Assembly (NCBI GenBank): GCA_965205505.1
Contig: CBDBHB010000009.1
Span: 1,024,001-1,088,000, forward strand
DNA from: Acidobacteriota bacterium
GTDB lineage: Bacteria; Acidobacteriota; UBA890; WLXD01
Length of the DNA stretch: 64,000 nucleotides
Direction of reading: 5' to 3'
Position numbers and translations under genes: made by a program. This document shows, piece after piece, positions 59,755 through 64,000 of this stretch; the stretch's first letter is position 1; every line of letters starts with the position of its first letter. The notes beneath the pieces were generated by a model, which did no database searches, was not told the origin of the DNA, and saw nothing but the letters and a program-made list of their open reading frames with translations.

Positions 59755-60447
59755 ATGCGACAGGCTGGCCTGTGCCTCGCACTCGCATTGTCGATGTGTG
59801 CCGCAACCGCCCTTGGCAGCGTCGCCCAGGAAGCTGGCGGTGCTGGCGTCGATCTGCTCGACGGCCTGCGCGATGGCTGGGCGGCGCGCTGGATGCACCA
59901 GCGAATGGCGTCGAGCAGCACCAGTTTTAGCGTTGTCCTCGACGACACGCGGGCGGTCTTACAGGCCGACAGCGATGCGGCAGCGGCGGCGTTATGGCGC
60001 CGAATCGACCTCCGCCATCCGACACGAGCTCGCTTGTCATGGCGCTGGAAGATCGATCGGCCGCTCGATACCCAGCAGGACGAACGAAAGCGTCAGGGCG
60101 ACGACTACGCAGCTCGCATCATGGTTGCCTTCGCCACCGACATATGGGACCGCGACACGCGCGCCATTGCCTACGTCTGGGCGCGGGATTTACCTGTAGG
60201 GACGCGCTTCCCCAATCCGTATCGCCCGCGAGTCGCCACCGTTGTGTTGCGTAGCGGCGCCGACGCCACTGGCCGATGGAGCGCCGAGGAGCGCGACCTG
60301 CTTGCTGACTACGAGCGCGCCTTCAGCGAGCCGCCCGACCGTATCGGTGGTGTCGCTTTCATGGTCGACACCGACAATACCGCTACACAGGTGCGCAGCT
60401 GGCTGTCCGACCTGCGGCTTGTCGCCCTCCCTGTGCTGCCCGACTGA
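59755..60447 (+). CDS. DUF3047-family secreted protein
   Basis: LSWRWKI, DDYAARI.V.F, YVWA, W..E.RDL.ADY, DTDNT. Confidence 0.85.
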   Translation: MRQAGLCLALALSMCAATALGSVAQEAGGAGVDLLDGLRDGWAARWMHQRMASSSTSFSVVLDDTRAVLQADSDAAAAALWRRIDLRHPTRARLSWRWKIDRPLDTQQDERKRQGDDYAARIMVAFATDIWDRDTRAIAYVWARDLPVGTRFPNPYRPRVATVVLRSGADATGRWSAEERDLLADYERAFSEPPDRIGGVAFMVDTDNTATQVRSWLSDLRLVALPVLPD

Positions 60448-60483
60448 GCGGTCCTTGCAGGAGGTGTGTTCGTGACTATAATA

Positions 60484-60514
60484 CCTAGAGAGTCTAAGGG
60501 TAGGGTTTCTAGGG
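60484..60514. promoter_or_regulatory. Tandem imperfect palindromes, putative PadR operator
   Basis: CCTAGAGAGTCTAAGG and GGTAGGGTTTCTAGGG about 50 nt upstream of padR. Confidence 0.55.
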
Positions 60515-60561
60515 AAGGCGACGCGCCGTTTGATGGTCACGTCGCCTGCAACGGAGATTCG

Positions 60562-60894
60562 ATGGGCAAGAACGGAATCGAGCTGCTGCGCGGCACGCTT
60601 GGCATGCTGGTACTGAGGACGCTCGAAAATGGCCCCCTGCACGGCTATGCCGTTGCCAAGAGCATCCAGTCGACTACCGACGAGACACTGACGGTGGAGG
60701 AAGGCTCCCTGTATCCGGCGCTCTACCGTATGGAGAAACGTGGCTGGGTTGTCTCGGATTGGGGGGTTACCGACACCGGGCGGCGCGCCAGGTTCTATAG
60801 CCTGACTTCCGAGGGCCGCGAGCAGCTCGCTGCCGAGCTCGCGACCTGGGGTGAATTTACCTCCGCCGTCGGCAAGGTTCTGGAGGCCGGGTAG
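60562..60894 (+). CDS. PadR-family transcriptional regulator (acidobacterial type)
   Basis: GTL.MLVL..L..GPLHGY, EGSLYPAL.R.E, R.ARFY.LT..G. Confidence 0.93.
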   Translation: MGKNGIELLRGTLGMLVLRTLENGPLHGYAVAKSIQSTTDETLTVEEGSLYPALYRMEKRGWVVSDWGVTDTGRRARFYSLTSEGREQLAAELATWGEFTSAVGKVLEAG

Positions 60895-60895
60895 G

Positions 60896-63640
<2,745 letters not shown>

Positions 63641-63651
63641 TGCCAGCCCTC

Positions 63652-63711
63652 GCAGGCCGTGTCGGAAGCGTGGCGGCCTGGTGACAGGGCCTTGCGAGGC
63701 GTTTTCATGCC
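63652..63711 (+). repeat. Degenerate left-end fragment of the 279-bp element
   Basis: GCAGGCCGTGTCGGAAGCGTGGCGGCCTGGTGACAGGGCCTTGCGAGGCG aligns to the first ~60 nt of copy 3. Confidence 0.65.
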
Positions 63712-63763
63712 TGCGCCGCCGCCGGCGTGAGCCGCACGTGGTAGTCGGATACGGCCGGCGCGC

Positions 63764-64000
63764 TCAGGGCGTGCGGCGCTCTCCGATCGCGTAGAGGCCG
63801 CTGGCAGTGCGGATGAAGATCTGACCGTCGGAGATCGCTGGCGAGCTCAGCGTGTAGTCGCCGAGGTCGTTCTCGGCCAGGATCTCGAACTCCGGCCCAG
63901 ATTTGATCACGCTGGTGAGGCCGTCCTCGTTGGTGATGTAGATCTTTCCGTCGGCCAGCACCGGCGAGGCGCTGTAGGTGCCGACCGCGAGACGAATCGG
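63764..64000 (-). CDS. PQQ-like beta-propeller protein, C-terminal part (5' end outside the window)
   Basis: [13 protein letters not shown]...[12 protein letters not shown]...SSPAISDG; paralogous to the end of 42662..44011. Confidence 0.85.
   Translation of the reverse strand, partial: PIRLAVGTYSASPVLADGKIYITNEDGLTSVIKSGPEFEILAENDLGDYTLSSPAISDGQIFIRTASGLYAIGERRTP

Overview
GC-rich bacterial chromosome segment, most consistent with Acidobacteriota (inferred from the PadR + duplicated-orphan-permease pair, two VPS10/BNR proteins, several PQQ-like beta-propellers and a TolB-like kinase tail). Left to right it contains: a minus-strand tryptophan-catabolism operon (creatininase-family amidohydrolase, SDR, RidA, TDO, kynureninase); an exporter with three tandem adaptor proteins but no ATPase; secreted hydrolases; map; a kinase-M23-aminotransferase fusion; a 5'-truncated tRNA-Sec; a MetE-like enzyme; a SorAB-like molybdoenzyme/cytochrome pair; a YgeY-like M20 hydrolase; an EhpF/LuxE-like ligase with a LuxC-like reductase; a decayed ~4 kb islet (GNAT and kinase-tail remnants, a collagen-like gene between direct repeats, att-like sequence); dut; two head-to-head pilV-pilW-pilX minor-pilin cassettes with Lys-rich tails, followed by a GspG-like pilin and an HD-GYP protein; PQQ-propellers, HupE/UreJ, DUF3047 and PadR-ADOP. 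A 279-bp, extensively self-pairing, CTAG-flanked repeat with compensatory substitutions occurs as three full and three partial copies. All product calls come from reading motifs by eye; no database searches were run.
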